From Spirochaetota bacterium (lineage in GTDB: Bacteria > Spirochaetota > UBA4802 > UBA5550), in assembly GCA_963664815.2 (NCBI GenBank), contig CAXXHB010000003.1, forward strand, positions 3,168,001-3,232,000: 64,000 nt of DNA. The letters run 5' to 3'. Below are positions 63,949 through 64,000 of this stretch, in pieces. Made by a program: the position numbers and the translations under genes. Below the pieces are notes generated by a model that made no database searches, was not told the origin of the DNA, and saw only the letters and a list, made by a program, of their open reading frames with translations. The stretch's first letter is position 1, and every line of letters starts with the position of its first letter.

Positions 63949-64000
63949 ATAAACACCGTTATACCATATATTTTGAAAATGAAAAATCATTAATTTATTA

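Overview
Low-GC bacterial chromosomal window, most consistent with a free-living spirochaete (inference from gene content). The ends are housekeeping. Left: rplT-rpmI-infC-thrS, tRNA-Val(GAC), an MCP, an SRAP-umuD-umuC SOS cassette and a hybrid kinase/response regulator. Right: lipid genes, ABC transporters, CIRCE-hrcA-grpE-dnaK-dnaJ and an ECF sigma/anti-sigma pair. The middle (~18-45.5 kb) is an accessory island. It contains an integron-like array with no integrase in the window: minus-strand genes, each bracketed by its own GTT...AAC inverted repeat and separated by attC-like hairpins. Cargo includes VapBC, an NDT/TIR-like protein, an ApaLI-like RM pair, lipoproteins and TetR+methyltransferase. 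Four kinds of mobile element sit at cassette boundaries. (1) An intact RmInt1-like group II intron lies inside a hairpin, with its EBS1 matching a conserved hairpin motif. (2) Three 3' fragments of a second intron end exactly at their splice site next to cassette ends. (3) IS1182 ends abut GTT cores. (4) Two different IS91-family elements have conserved ends that run past oriIS through ...GTCCAAC and an attC-like hairpin, stopping exactly at the cassette GTT. A chimeric intron-3'/IS91-3'/hairpin unit is duplicated with different neighbours. The island also holds decayed Rhs toxin-tip modules (one RES-like) and two Lcl/DUF1566 genes with DGR-like variable C-termini. All calls are by eye; no searches were run.
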